A stretch of 64,000 nucleotides of DNA from Eubacteriales bacterium (GTDB taxonomy: Bacteria; Bacillota; Clostridia; Oscillospirales; CAG-272): assembly GCA_045540115.1 (NCBI GenBank), contig JAZQGR010000096.1, positions 41,887 through 105,886 of the forward strand, written 5' to 3'. The position numbers and the translations under genes were made by a program. Positions 37,227 to 45,984 of the stretch are shown in pieces. The number at the start of each line of letters is the position of its first letter. The stretch's first letter is position 1. The notes beneath the pieces were generated by a model that saw nothing but the letters and a program-made list of their open reading frames with translations, made no database searches and was not told the DNA's origin.

Positions 37227-38960
37227 ATGGAAATGATTAATTGTAAAGTTAACGGTATCGCAGTAAGCGTACCCAAGGGTTCTACCATTCTCGAAGCTGC
37301 TCGTGCAGCGGGCGTTGAGATCCCGACCCTTTGTTATATGAAGAAGATCAACGAGATCGGCGCTTGCCGTATCTGCGTTGTAGAAGCAACCGGTGCTCGC
37401 GGACTTGTTACCGCTTGCGTATATCCCGTTGCTGAGGGCATGGAAATTCAGACCAATACCGAAAAGGTACAGAAGGCAAGAAAGACCACCCTTGAGCTTA
37501 TGCTCTCCACTCACGATAAGAAGTGTCTCTCCTGCTCCCGCTCGACCAACTGTGAGCTTCAGAAGCTCTGCCTCGAGTACGGTGTGGACGAAGGCGCATT
37601 CGAGGGCTACAAGCCCGCTTACGAACTTGATGAGAGCACTCCTCACCTCGTTCGTGATAACAACAAGTGTATTCTTTGCCGTCGTTGCGTAGCTGTGTGT
37701 AAGGAACAGTACGTTTCCGTTATCGGCGCAAACGACAGAGGTATTGACACCAGCATCGGCTCCGCGTTCAAGGTAAATCTCTCCGAGACTCCTTGTATCT
37801 CCTGCGGTCAGTGCGTAGCTGTATGTCCTACCAGCGCTCTTACCGAAAAGGATGATACCGATAAGGTATGGGCAGCTCTCTCTGATCCTACCAAGCACGT
37901 TGTCGTTCAGACCGCTCCCTCCATCAGAGCAACTCTCGGCGAATGCTTCGGTATGCCTATCGGAACTAACGTTGAGGGCAAGATGGTTGCGGCTCTCCGC
38001 CGTCTCGGCTTCGATAAGGTATTCGATACCGACTTCGCGGCTGACCTTACTATCGTAGAAGAAGCAAACGAGCTTGTTGAGCGCATCAAGAACGGCGGTG
38101 TTCTCCCGATGATCACCTCCTGCTCGCCCGGTTGGGTCAAGTTCTGCGAGTACTATTATCCGGACTTCATCGATCACCTCTCTTCCTGCAAGTCTCCTCA
38201 GCAGATGGCAGGCGCAGTAATCAAGACCTACTACGCAAACAAGATGGGTATCGATCCTAAGGATATCGTATCTGTATCCATAATGCCTTGTACCGCTAAG
38301 AAGTTCGAGATCGGCCGTCCCGATCAGAGCGCTTCCGGCTACCCGGACGTTGACATCGCTCTTACTACCAGAGAGCTTGCAAAGATGATCGACCGTGCAG
38401 GTCTTAAGTTCACCATGCTTCCCGATGAAGAGTTTGATTCTCCTCTCGGCGAGGATACCGGTGCAGCAGTTATCTTCGGTGCTACCGGCGGTGTTATGGA
38501 AGCAGCTCTCCGCCCCGCTAACGACTGGCTCACCGGCAAGGACAACCTTGACGTTGACTTCCACGCAGTACGCGGAACCGAGTCCATCAAGGAAGCTACC
38601 GTTAATATCAACGGTACTGATATCAAGGTTGCTGTTGCAAGCGGCGCAGGCGCAGCTCAGCAGGTTATGGAGAAGATCAAGAACGGCGAAGCTGACTGGA
38701 CCTTCATTGAGATCATGGGATGCCCCGGCGGCTGCGTAAACGGCGGCGGACAGCCCATTCAGCCCCAGTACGTTCGTGATACCGTAGACCTTAAGGCGGT
38801 TCGTGCAAAGGCACTTTACGATCAGGATGCGGCAATGTCCATCCGTAAGTCTCACGAGTCTCCCGTTGTAAAGGCACTTTACAGCGAGTGGTACGACGGC
38901 TTCGGCGGCCATAAGGCACATCACGATCTCCACACTACTTACGTTAAGAGAACTAAGTAA
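37227..38960 (+). CDS. hydA: [FeFe] hydrogenase catalytic subunit HydA (group A, M3-type with N-terminal Fe-S domains)
   Basis: N-terminal 2Fe-2S and 4Fe-4S domains. H-cluster motifs MPCTAKKFE and EIMGCPGGCVNGGGQP. The L1 motif reads TSCSPGW (see findings). Confidence 0.92.
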   Translation: MEMINCKVNGIAVSVPKGSTILEAARAAGVEIPTLCYMKKINEIGACRICVVEATGARGLVTACVYPVAEGMEIQTNTEKVQKARKTTLELMLSTHDKKCLSCSRSTNCELQKLCLEYGVDEGAFEGYKPAYELDESTPHLVRDNNKCILCRRCVAVCKEQYVSVIGANDRGIDTSIGSAFKVNLSETPCISCGQCVAVCPTSALTEKDDTDKVWAALSDPTKHVVVQTAPSIRATLGECFGMPIGTNVEGKMVAALRRLGFDKVFDTDFAADLTIVEEANELVERIKNGGVLPMITSCSPGWVKFCEYYYPDFIDHLSSCKSPQQMAGAVIKTYYANKMGIDPKDIVSVSIMPCTAKKFEIGRPDQSASGYPDVDIALTTRELAKMIDRAGLKFTMLPDEEFDSPLGEDTGAAVIFGATGGVMEAALRPANDWLTGKDNLDVDFHAVRGTESIKEATVNINGTDIKVAVASGAGAAQQVMEKIKNGEADWTFIEIMGCPGGCVNGGGQPIQPQYVRDTVDLKAVRAKALYDQDAAMSIRKSHESPVVKALYSEWYDGFGGHKAHHDLHTTYVKRTK

Positions 38961-38963
38961 TAT

Positions 38964-38998
38964 AAAAAAGAGAAGCTGTTTTACAGCTTCTCTTTTTA
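38964..38998. terminator. bidirectional terminator after hydA
   Basis: AAAAAAGAGAAGCTG / CAGCTTCTCTTTTT hairpin. Confidence 0.85.
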
Positions 38999-39006
38999 TG
39001 ATGTCA

Positions 39007-39252
39007 TTATGTGTCTAATTCAATAATTTGAACGCGATTAAGAAGTACGTCCTTGTATTGAACTGTATACGATTTTTTGTTATCACCGTTCGTCTCACGA
39101 AGACGAAATAAGTTAGGATATACATCTAAAATAACCGCACTTATTCCTGTCAAATTGATTCTAGGACTTGTGATATTTACGTTTATGTGAATATTTGGAT
39201 CTGTCTCGTATAGCCTAATGATTTTGTTCTTGATTGAATCAAGAGTAGCCAT
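39007..39252 (-). CDS. veg: Veg-like (DUF1021) small protein
   Basis: 81 aa. Pattern TLDSIKNKI ... AVILDVYPNLFRLRE ... SYTVQYKDVLLNRVQI parallels B. subtilis Veg. AGGAGG RBS. Confidence 0.65.
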   Translation of the reverse strand: MATLDSIKNKIIRLYETDPNIHINVNITSPRINLTGISAVILDVYPNLFRLRETNGDNKKSYTVQYKDVLLNRVQIIELDT

Positions 39253-39271
39253 AATTACCTCCTGTTCTGAT

Positions 39272-39295
39272 GTACAGCCGCCTATTGGCGGCTGT
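39272..39295 (-). other. intercistronic GC-rich hairpin without a U-tract
   Basis: Perfect 10-bp stem TACAGCCGCC / GGCGGCTGTA, 4-nt loop, 5 nt after the stop of the upstream small ORF. Confidence 0.6.
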
Positions 39296-39299
39296 ATTG

Positions 39300-39548
39300 T
39301 TATACAAAGTATTCTGAAACATCGACCTTATTGCTGTACTGCTTGCGTACACGAATTATGATCGATCCGTCGTCAAGCTCCTCGTTGAACAGGATCTGAT
39401 ATCTTGTTTTTGAACGCTCAAGCGATACCTTGTAATGCTCAAATTCTTCAGAGTTGATCTTGAGCGCACGCTCTTTGTCATAACCGTATTCCGGCTTTTG
39501 TGAAAAGATCAGAGTTTGAAGAATACAGGCGGATTTAACTCGTTTCAC
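39300..39548 (-). CDS. hypothetical 82-aa protein
   Basis: GTG start 7 nt after AAAGGAGGTG. MKRVKSACILQTLIFSQKPEYGYDKERALKINSEEFEHYKVSLERSKTRYQILFNEELDDGSIIIRVRKQY; no domain I can name. Confidence 0.5.
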   Translation of the reverse strand: MKRVKSACILQTLIFSQKPEYGYDKERALKINSEEFEHYKVSLERSKTRYQILFNEELDDGSIIIRVRKQYSNKVDVSEYFV

Positions 39549-39750
39549 GATAACACCTCCTTTGGAAAATACATTACGGCAGAAATGTTTGACCTATAAT
39601 GCAGAGAGATGTCCGAGCGTAATCATACATTGATGCTGCGACTGCCGTCGTTGCATCGCTGAAAGCACTCTCATGGTAGCATAGCTACAATTAAATTATA
39701 GCGAATTTTTGATAAAAAATCACGCAATAAAAAATGAATTTTTTATTAAT

Positions 39751-39775
39751 AAAGGCATCGCCTGGCGATGCCTTT
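39751..39775 (-). terminator. hairpin terminator downstream of pheT
   Basis: AAAGGCATCGC / GCGATGCCTTT stem. The U-tract on the minus strand is interrupted, so only moderate confidence. Confidence 0.55.
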
Positions 39776-39791
39776 ATAATATTTTTTTCTG

Positions 39792-42155
39792 TTAAGCTCT
39801 TAAAGAAATGCCAATTGCATTAAGCTCGGCGATTATCTTATCAACGCTTGTCTGTACCTCGTCCATGGAGAGCGTTCTCTCTTCCGAAGAGAAGGTGAAG
39901 CGAACAGTGATGCTCTTCGTTTCGCCGTTGTCATAGATGTCTGTAACGATAACGTCGGTAAGGTTTTCAAGATCGAGCTTTGTCCAAGCGCCTTCAGCGT
40001 CAGAGAAACGGTTGCTTGCACCCATCACGATCGAAAGGTCGTAATCGATTCCCGGGAACTTAGAGGGTTCCTTGTAGGAAAGTGGAGCAACTGTAGCGGT
40101 ATAAAGATCGTCGAGATCTATCTCAACGCAAGCAACGGCTGCATTCTTGTCAAGCTTACCGAGAACAGTAGGATGAAGCGTATTGATAACACCGCACTCA
40201 ACACTGTTGACAGTAATAGAAGCCGTGTTCTTCGGATGCTGATAAGCGTGAATGGGAGCGATCTTTGCGAAGGTCGGCTCAGAGTGCTTGACCTCGGTGC
40301 AGATTGCGCGGAGCATCGACAGAGCTTTCATATAAAGCTCCTTTTCGCTTACGCGCTTGCTATAAAGAGTGTAGCAAAGTGTTCGTCTTTCATTACATTC
40401 GCCGTTTTCCTTAAGACCTTTTACAACTCGAGCAATTTCAAAGATACCGAACGTATCTGAATATCCCTTGTTTTCGTAAACGAAGGAGAGCATTGTGGGA
40501 ACCATAGAGTTTCTGACGGTTCCGTTTTCGGGAGTAGGTATGTTGAGAATACGAACGTTATTTTCGACCTCTATACCGAGTTTCTTGTACTTCTTACCGT
40601 CACACCAGATATAGGAATGAACCTCGTGAAGTCCGAAGCGCTGAACGAGAATGTTCTTGATCGACGCGTCCTCGTCCTTGTTAACCGAACGGCGAACGGG
40701 CTTAAGAAGCGATTTGGTAGAGGAAATATCGAAGTTGTCGTATCCGTAAACACGGGTTATCTCTTCAATAATATCTGCCTTGATGGTAACGTCTTTTGTT
40801 GCACGCCAGGAGGGAACAGTTACGGTGAAAACACCGTTATCGAGCTTAACGCCAAATCCAAGAAGCGTAAGCGTGCTGACGATGCGATCCTCTGATATAT
40901 CGATGCCTGTATAGCGGTCAACGTATTTCTTATCAAAAGAGAGTGTTATCTCAGGATATTTCTGAACGTAAAGATCGGAGAGATTTGACGACACGTATGC
41001 ACCATCGTCGATGCTTGTCAAAAGCTTGATGAATCTCTTGATTGCAGTAAGTGTAAGCTCGGGATCGAGGATCTTCTCGTATCTCATGCTTGCGTCAGTT
41101 CGAAGACCGAGGCGCGAGCTCGACTTTCTAACACAAACGCCGTCAAAGTTAGCAGATTCGAGAACCACAGACGAGGTTTCGTCGATGATCTCGGAATCAA
41201 GACCGCCCATAATACCTGCAATCGCAACGGGAGTGTCGTTGTTATAGATCATAAGGGTGTTATCGGTGATCTCGCGCTCGACGTCGTCAAGTGTCTTGAA
41301 ATTAAATGCATCGCTCGGAGTACCCACCTTGATCGCGTCGATCTTTCTTGCGTCAAAGGCGTGAGTCGGCTGACCGAGCTCAAGCATGATGTAATTAGAA
41401 AGGTCAGCAAGAAGATTGATTCCTCTCATTCCGCAGTAGAATAGACGGATCTGCATGGCAAGAGGGCTTCTGTTCTTGGAAATACCCGACATTTCAAGGC
41501 AGGAATAACGGTAAAGAAGATCCTCTCTTGTTGTTGAAACGGGAATCGTCTTATCTCCGCTGTAAATTATCTCGCCGAGGTCAAGCGGCTTAAGCTCTTT
41601 GCCTGTAAGGGCTGCAAACTCTCTTGCGATTCCATAATGTCCCCAAAGGTCGGGGCGGTTTGTTAGTGACTTATTGTCAACTTCAAAGATGATATCATCG
41701 ATAGGATAGACGTCCTTGATGTCGGTTCCGAGAGGAGCGTCAACGTCGATAGGCATAAGTCCTGTGTGACCTTCACCTATACCGAGCTCGTCGGCACCGC
41801 AGCACATACCGTAGGAATCATATCCCGCAACAGTCGCTTTGCCAATTTCGCCTGCGCAAACGCGTCCGCCGACAGTCGCAAGAGCAACCTTCTGACCGAC
41901 TTCAACGTTAGGCGCACCGCAAACGATATCAAGAATTTCAGATCCCGTATCGACCTTAAGAAGATGAAGCTTTTTTGAGTTAGGATGATTCTCAACTTCC
42001 TTGATCTGCGCGATGATTACTCCGCGAACGTCAGCGCCCTTGTAAATAATATCCTCAACCTCAGCAGTCGAAAGGGTGAAGCGATGGATAAGCTCTTCAA
42101 TATTTTCATTAGAGAGATCAACGTATTCCTTGATCCAGTTCATTGATACAAACAT
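39792..42155 (-). CDS. pheT: phenylalanine--tRNA ligase beta subunit
   Basis: 787 aa with an N-terminal tRNA-binding domain (MFVSMNWIKEYVDL...), B3/4, B5 and FDX-ACB domains. Follows pheS by 13 nt. Confidence 0.95.
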   Translation of the reverse strand: MFVSMNWIKEYVDLSNENIEELIHRFTLSTAEVEDIIYKGADVRGVIIAQIKEVENHPNSKKLHLLKVDTGSEILDIVCGAPNVEVGQKVALATVGGRVCAGEIGKATVAGYDSYGMCCGADELGIGEGHTGLMPIDVDAPLGTDIKDVYPIDDIIFEVDNKSLTNRPDLWGHYGIAREFAALTGKELKPLDLGEIIYSGDKTIPVSTTREDLLYRYSCLEMSGISKNRSPLAMQIRLFYCGMRGINLLADLSNYIMLELGQPTHAFDARKIDAIKVGTPSDAFNFKTLDDVEREITDNTLMIYNNDTPVAIAGIMGGLDSEIIDETSSVVLESANFDGVCVRKSSSRLGLRTDASMRYEKILDPELTLTAIKRFIKLLTSIDDGAYVSSNLSDLYVQKYPEITLSFDKKYVDRYTGIDISEDRIVSTLTLLGFGVKLDNGVFTVTVPSWRATKDVTIKADIIEEITRVYGYDNFDISSTKSLLKPVRRSVNKDEDASIKNILVQRFGLHEVHSYIWCDGKKYKKLGIEVENNVRILNIPTPENGTVRNSMVPTMLSFVYENKGYSDTFGIFEIARVVKGLKENGECNERRTLCYTLYSKRVSEKELYMKALSMLRAICTEVKHSEPTFAKIAPIHAYQHPKNTASITVNSVECGVINTLHPTVLGKLDKNAAVACVEIDLDDLYTATVAPLSYKEPSKFPGIDYDLSIVMGASNRFSDAEGAWTKLDLENLTDVIVTDIYDNGETKSITVRFTFSSEERTLSMDEVQTSVDKIIAELNAIGISLRA

Positions 42156-42168
42156 CGTACTTCCTCCT

Positions 42169-43197
42169 TTACTTATCTGTGAACTGCGAAAGCGCCTTTA
42201 AGCTTCCGGAATTGAGCATACGAATGTCTTTGATGCCGTATTTCATCATTGCGAGACGCGTAAGACCGAGACCAAATGCGAATCCTGTGTACTTTTCTGT
42301 GTCGATTCCTCCGTAGGTAAGCACGTTCGGATGAATCATGCCACAGGGGCAGAGCTCGAGCCAGCCGGAGTTCTTACAGGACGGGCAACCCTCACCGTGG
42401 CAAATGGTACACTGAATATCAAGCTCAAAGCCCGGCTCGACGAAGGGGAAGAATCCGGGACGAAGACGAACCGTGATATCCTGTTTGAATACCTCGGAAA
42501 GCATAGTCTTCATGAAGTAAATGAGGTTAGATATCGAGATATCCTCATCGATCATGATTCCTTCGAGCTGGAAGAAGGTGTTTTCGTGGCAAGCGTCGGT
42601 CGACTCGTTACGGAAGCAACGACCTGGGAAAATAGCACGGACGGGCGCACCGTATTTTCTCATAATATAGTTCTGCGCAGCAGACGTATGCGTCTTAAGA
42701 AGCTGACCGTTATCGAGATAGTAGGTATCCTGCATATCTCGTGCGGGATGATGCTTTGGGATATTGAGCGCCTCGAAGCAGTGATAGTCGTCGACGATTT
42801 CGCTGTAGTCCTCAACAATAAAGCCCATGGACGAGAAGATGTCTTCAACCTCACGCTGAATGAGAGTTATAGGATGATAGGAACCGAGACCGAGATCGGT
42901 AGGAAGCGATTCGTCGTATGATTCAGCCTCGTCGATCTTTCTTTGTTCTTCGAGCCTGATGAGTTCCTCAGTTTTAAGCTTAAGCTGCTCCTCAACAAAT
43001 TGCTTGACCTGATTGATGACCATTCCCACTTCCTTCTTCTGGTCGTTGGGAACGTTTTTGAGGTCGTTCATAAGTGAGGAAACAAGACCTTTTTTTCCTG
43101 CATATTCGATACGTAGAGCATCGATTTCTGCAGTTGTAGTGACCTTTGATAGGGCTACCTCAAATTGCGCCTTTAACGCATTTGCATTTTCAAGCAT
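42169..43197 (-). CDS. pheS: phenylalanine--tRNA ligase alpha subunit
   Basis: Class-II aaRS motifs (HPARDMQDTYY, FPGRCFRNE, GFAFGLGLTRLAM). Confidence 0.95.
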   Translation of the reverse strand: MLENANALKAQFEVALSKVTTTAEIDALRIEYAGKKGLVSSLMNDLKNVPNDQKKEVGMVINQVKQFVEEQLKLKTEELIRLEEQRKIDEAESYDESLPTDLGLGSYHPITLIQREVEDIFSSMGFIVEDYSEIVDDYHCFEALNIPKHHPARDMQDTYYLDNGQLLKTHTSAAQNYIMRKYGAPVRAIFPGRCFRNESTDACHENTFFQLEGIMIDEDISISNLIYFMKTMLSEVFKQDITVRLRPGFFPFVEPGFELDIQCTICHGEGCPSCKNSGWLELCPCGMIHPNVLTYGGIDTEKYTGFAFGLGLTRLAMMKYGIKDIRMLNSGSLKALSQFTDK

Positions 43198-43254
43198 AAT
43201 CTAACCTTTTCTCCGACTGTTATTTTTGTCCTTTCCGTGTCGGCAGGGAAGGAC

Positions 43255-43497
43255 GGGCGGAAAAAGAAAAACCGCCCCATAAGATCATGGGACGGGAATA
43301 CCCGCGGTACCACCCAAGTTCGGAAAATTCCGCACTCTCTCGCCTTGATGCCGGCGACAACATCCTGCTTAACGCATAGCTTTTCGCAGAAAAGCTCCAC
43401 CGCTGAAATTCAGTTCTGACAAGGTAAGACGCTCACAGCCAAGGCGTCCCTCTCTGATACCTTTTACACAGCACCTACTTACACGGCTTCATAGCTA
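43255..43497 (-). promoter_or_regulatory. T-box riboswitch leader, Phe (UUC specifier)
   Basis: On the minus strand: AGAGA box, candidate specifier loop GAAUUUCAG (UUC at 43407-43405), T-box core GGGTGGTACCGCGGG (fwd 43301-43315). Terminator stem fwd 43272-43295 plus U-run (fwd A-run 43261-43271). Confidence 0.88.
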
Positions 43498-43503
43498 TAA
43501 GAT

Positions 43504-43532
43504 ATTCTACCATTACAGCGCGATTTTGTCAA
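43504..43532 (-). promoter_or_regulatory. sigma-A-type promoter of the pheST leader
   Basis: On the minus strand: TTGACA (43532-43527), 17-nt spacer, TAGAAT (43509-43504). Confidence 0.65.
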
Positions 43533-43616
43533 GAAGTATTATGAAAAAACTGTTTTTTACTTGCAAATATTGATAGTTTGTGATAAAATAATTAGAGTTT
43601 ATTCCTGAGGTGTATA

Positions 43617-45320
43617 ATGGTAAAAAGATTTATTTCGTATTATAAGCCGCACAAGAAAATTTTTATTCTTGATATGATTGCAGCGCTACTCCTTTCGGTC
43701 TGTTCGATGGTTTACCCGCTTGTGACGAAGGAGATGCTCGATAACCCGCAGATCAAGCCACTTATTATATGGTCAATTGTACTTGTCGTTATCTATCTTA
43801 TAAGATGCGGACTCAACTATTTCGTCGCGTATTACGGTCACGTAATGGGCGTTAAAATGCAAGCACAAATGCGCAGAGACGTTTTCACGCATCTTGAAAA
43901 GCTTCCGATTACCTATTTTGACAATAATAAGACAGGTAATATTATGTCTCGTATAATAAACGATCTTATGGACGTTTCGGAGCTTGCTCACCACGGTCCT
44001 GAGGATCTGTTTATTTCAGTAATAATGCTTGTTGGTTCATTTGTCATTATGGGAAGCATATATATGCCTCTTACCCTCATCATTTATGCGCTTCTCCCGT
44101 TTATGTGCTTCTTTGCCTATAAGACGCAAAAATCGATGCGGGACGCTTTTGCTGAGTCGCGAAGGGAAGTCGGTAAGATCAATTCGACGCTTGAAAACAG
44201 CATTGCGGGAATCAGAATATCTAAGGCATATACTAATTCCGAATTCGAGTTTGACAGATTCGAGCATGATAACAAAGGCTTTGTAAGAGCAAGAAAACGC
44301 GCCTATAAGTCAATGGGTATCTTCCATTCCGGAATGACTCTTTGCATGGACGTTCTTAGAATTACGATGTATCTTGCGGGCGGTATTTTCGTTGCCACAG
44401 GAAAAATCGATATTATCGTATTTACAACGTTCTCCCTGTATATTACCTTGTTCATGTCGCCCATTGAAAAACTTGTCGGATTTATCGAGCAGTATCAGAA
44501 CGGTATGACGGGCTTTAAGCGATTTATTGAAATAATTGATGAGAATCCTGAGCAGGATGCTCCCGATGCGATTGAGCTTGATAGCGTACGCGGAGAGATC
44601 GAATTTGATAACGTCTCATTTGGATACAATGAGTCTAAAAACGTATTGTCAAATCTCTCGTTTAAGTTAAATGAAGGAAAGACTCTTGCGCTTGTAGGTC
44701 CTTCCGGCGGTGGAAAAACTACTATTTGCCATCTCATACCGAGATTTTACGAGGTCGAAAGCGGTACGATTCTTATTGACGGTAAGGATATAACTGAAGT
44801 TACGCGTGAGTCACTTCGTAAAAATATTGGTATAGTATCGCAAGATGTCTTCCTTTTTGACTCGACGATATATGAAAATATCGCATACGGCGCTCCCAAT
44901 GCAACAAAGGAAGATGTTGAACGTGCGGCTCGACTTGCAAATCTCCACGAGTTTGTTGAGTCTCTGCCTGAAGGTTACGAAACCCTCGTTGGTGAGCGAG
45001 GTGTAAAGCTCTCGGGCGGACAGAAGCAGAGGGTTTCGATTGCACGAGTGTTCCTCAAAAACCCGCCTATACTGATTCTTGACGAGGCAACGTCGGCTCT
45101 TGACAATGCGACTGAGCTGATGATCCAACAGAGCCTTGAGGCGCTTTGCGCAGGCAGAACGACAATCGTTGTTGCTCACAGATTGACAACGATCAAGAAC
45201 GCAGACGAGATCCTTGTCATCAATGAGGAAGGAATTGCTGAGCGAGGTACACACGATGAGCTTCTTTCCAAACAGGGAATATACGCTAACCTTTGGAAAG
45301 GCATAACAAAAGTATCATAA
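43617..45320 (+). CDS. ABC exporter, fused permease/ATP-binding protein (consensus ATPase site, homodimer type)
   Basis: Walker A GPSGGGKTT, LSGGQKQR, Walker B ILILDEATS, H-loop VVAHRLTT. Confidence 0.9.
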   Translation: MVKRFISYYKPHKKIFILDMIAALLLSVCSMVYPLVTKEMLDNPQIKPLIIWSIVLVVIYLIRCGLNYFVAYYGHVMGVKMQAQMRRDVFTHLEKLPITYFDNNKTGNIMSRIINDLMDVSELAHHGPEDLFISVIMLVGSFVIMGSIYMPLTLIIYALLPFMCFFAYKTQKSMRDAFAESRREVGKINSTLENSIAGIRISKAYTNSEFEFDRFEHDNKGFVRARKRAYKSMGIFHSGMTLCMDVLRITMYLAGGIFVATGKIDIIVFTTFSLYITLFMSPIEKLVGFIEQYQNGMTGFKRFIEIIDENPEQDAPDAIELDSVRGEIEFDNVSFGYNESKNVLSNLSFKLNEGKTLALVGPSGGGKTTICHLIPRFYEVESGTILIDGKDITEVTRESLRKNIGIVSQDVFLFDSTIYENIAYGAPNATKEDVERAARLANLHEFVESLPEGYETLVGERGVKLSGGQKQRVSIARVFLKNPPILILDEATSALDNATELMIQQSLEALCAGRTTIVVAHRLTTIKNADEILVINEEGIAERGTHDELLSKQGIYANLWKGITKVS

Positions 45321-45328
45321 GTAACATT

Positions 45329-45358
45329 AAAATGGCCCGACGGCAGTCGGGTCATTTT
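45329..45358. terminator. bidirectional terminator (ABC gene / HAD gene convergent)
   Basis: 13-bp stem around GCCCGAC / GTCGGGT with loop GGCA. Overlaps the stop of the HAD gene. Confidence 0.75.
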
Positions 45359-45984
45359 ATGTATTCAAATATGTCGCTTGGAGCGTGTATAACTGTGTTA
45401 TTAAGCGATTTAAGAGCTTGCTCACTCTCGTGACCGCCCGTTATCATCAGGCACTTGGCGCCGATAATTTCAGCACTCTCGGCGTCGTGTGAGGTGTCGC
45501 CAATATAGATGACGCTCTCGTTTTTGTGAAGTGATCTCCAGAATCGTGCGAGCTCGAGTTTCGACGTCGCGTATATATCGTTAAGACCGAAAATCTCGTC
45601 GAACTTGTCAGTTATACCGAAGGATTCGATCTGACCACGGAGCATATTTTCTTCAGTCATCGATAGGATCGTCTGCTTGACTCCAAGAGTATTGAGCTTG
45701 TCAACGGTATCGATAATACCGCTTCTAAGAGGTGCACACGGCATCTTGCTCATGTAGATATCAACCCATTCGTTTGCCAGAACGGTGAAATCATATTTTG
45801 AAAAATCGAAGCCTACTCGCTCATAGTAATCGCGAATCGGAAAGCCGAAAACTGAATAGTAGTGCTCGGTATCTCGAATTATCGGCAGATCATATCGCGC
45901 AAGTAGATCGTTTGCAGATTCGATACTGATTTTTAAATCATCGAGAATTGTTCCGTTAAAATCCCAAATAACTCTATCGATCAT
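45352..45984 (-). CDS. HAD-superfamily hydrolase (phosphatase-like)
   Basis: Motif I reads WDFNGTILDD (DxNGT; Asn at the Asp+2 position). Motif IV GDTSHD. 4-nt overlap with recR. Confidence 0.75.
   Translation of the reverse strand: MIDRVIWDFNGTILDDLKISIESANDLLARYDLPIIRDTEHYYSVFGFPIRDYYERVGFDFSKYDFTVLANEWVDIYMSKMPCAPLRSGIIDTVDKLNTLGVKQTILSMTEENMLRGQIESFGITDKFDEIFGLNDIYATSKLELARFWRSLHKNESVIYIGDTSHDAESAEIIGAKCLMITGGHESEQALKSLNNTVIHAPSDIFEYIK

Noticed and set aside
35590-38933. Two very long antisense ORFs (507 aa at 35590-37113 and 607 aa at 37110-38933) covering almost all of hydB and hydA.
   Set aside because: Both are exactly codon-aligned with the sense genes (the same positions modulo 3). 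They stay open simply because the sense genes avoid TTA, CTA and TCA codons. Their translations are low-complexity (Ser/Gly/Leu/Val/Thr rich) with no RBS or recognisable domain. The sense-strand products have complete hydrogenase motifs.
39572-39788. Possible plus-strand sRNA: TATAAT at 39595-39600, ending at the hairpin 39751-39775 followed by a T-run.
   Set aside because: There is no acceptable -35 (best is TTACGG at 15-nt spacing) and no TG extension. The TATAAT may be chance in AT-rich DNA, and the hairpin is more simply the pheT terminator. The region is kept only as an unexplained leader in the findings.
45352-45984. HAD hydrolase with motif I DFNGT (Asn instead of the second Asp).
   Set aside because: The observation is real, but Asp+2 variation is common across HAD subfamilies (P-type ATPases and phosphonatases differ here). 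It is not distinctive enough to flag as a finding without an alignment.
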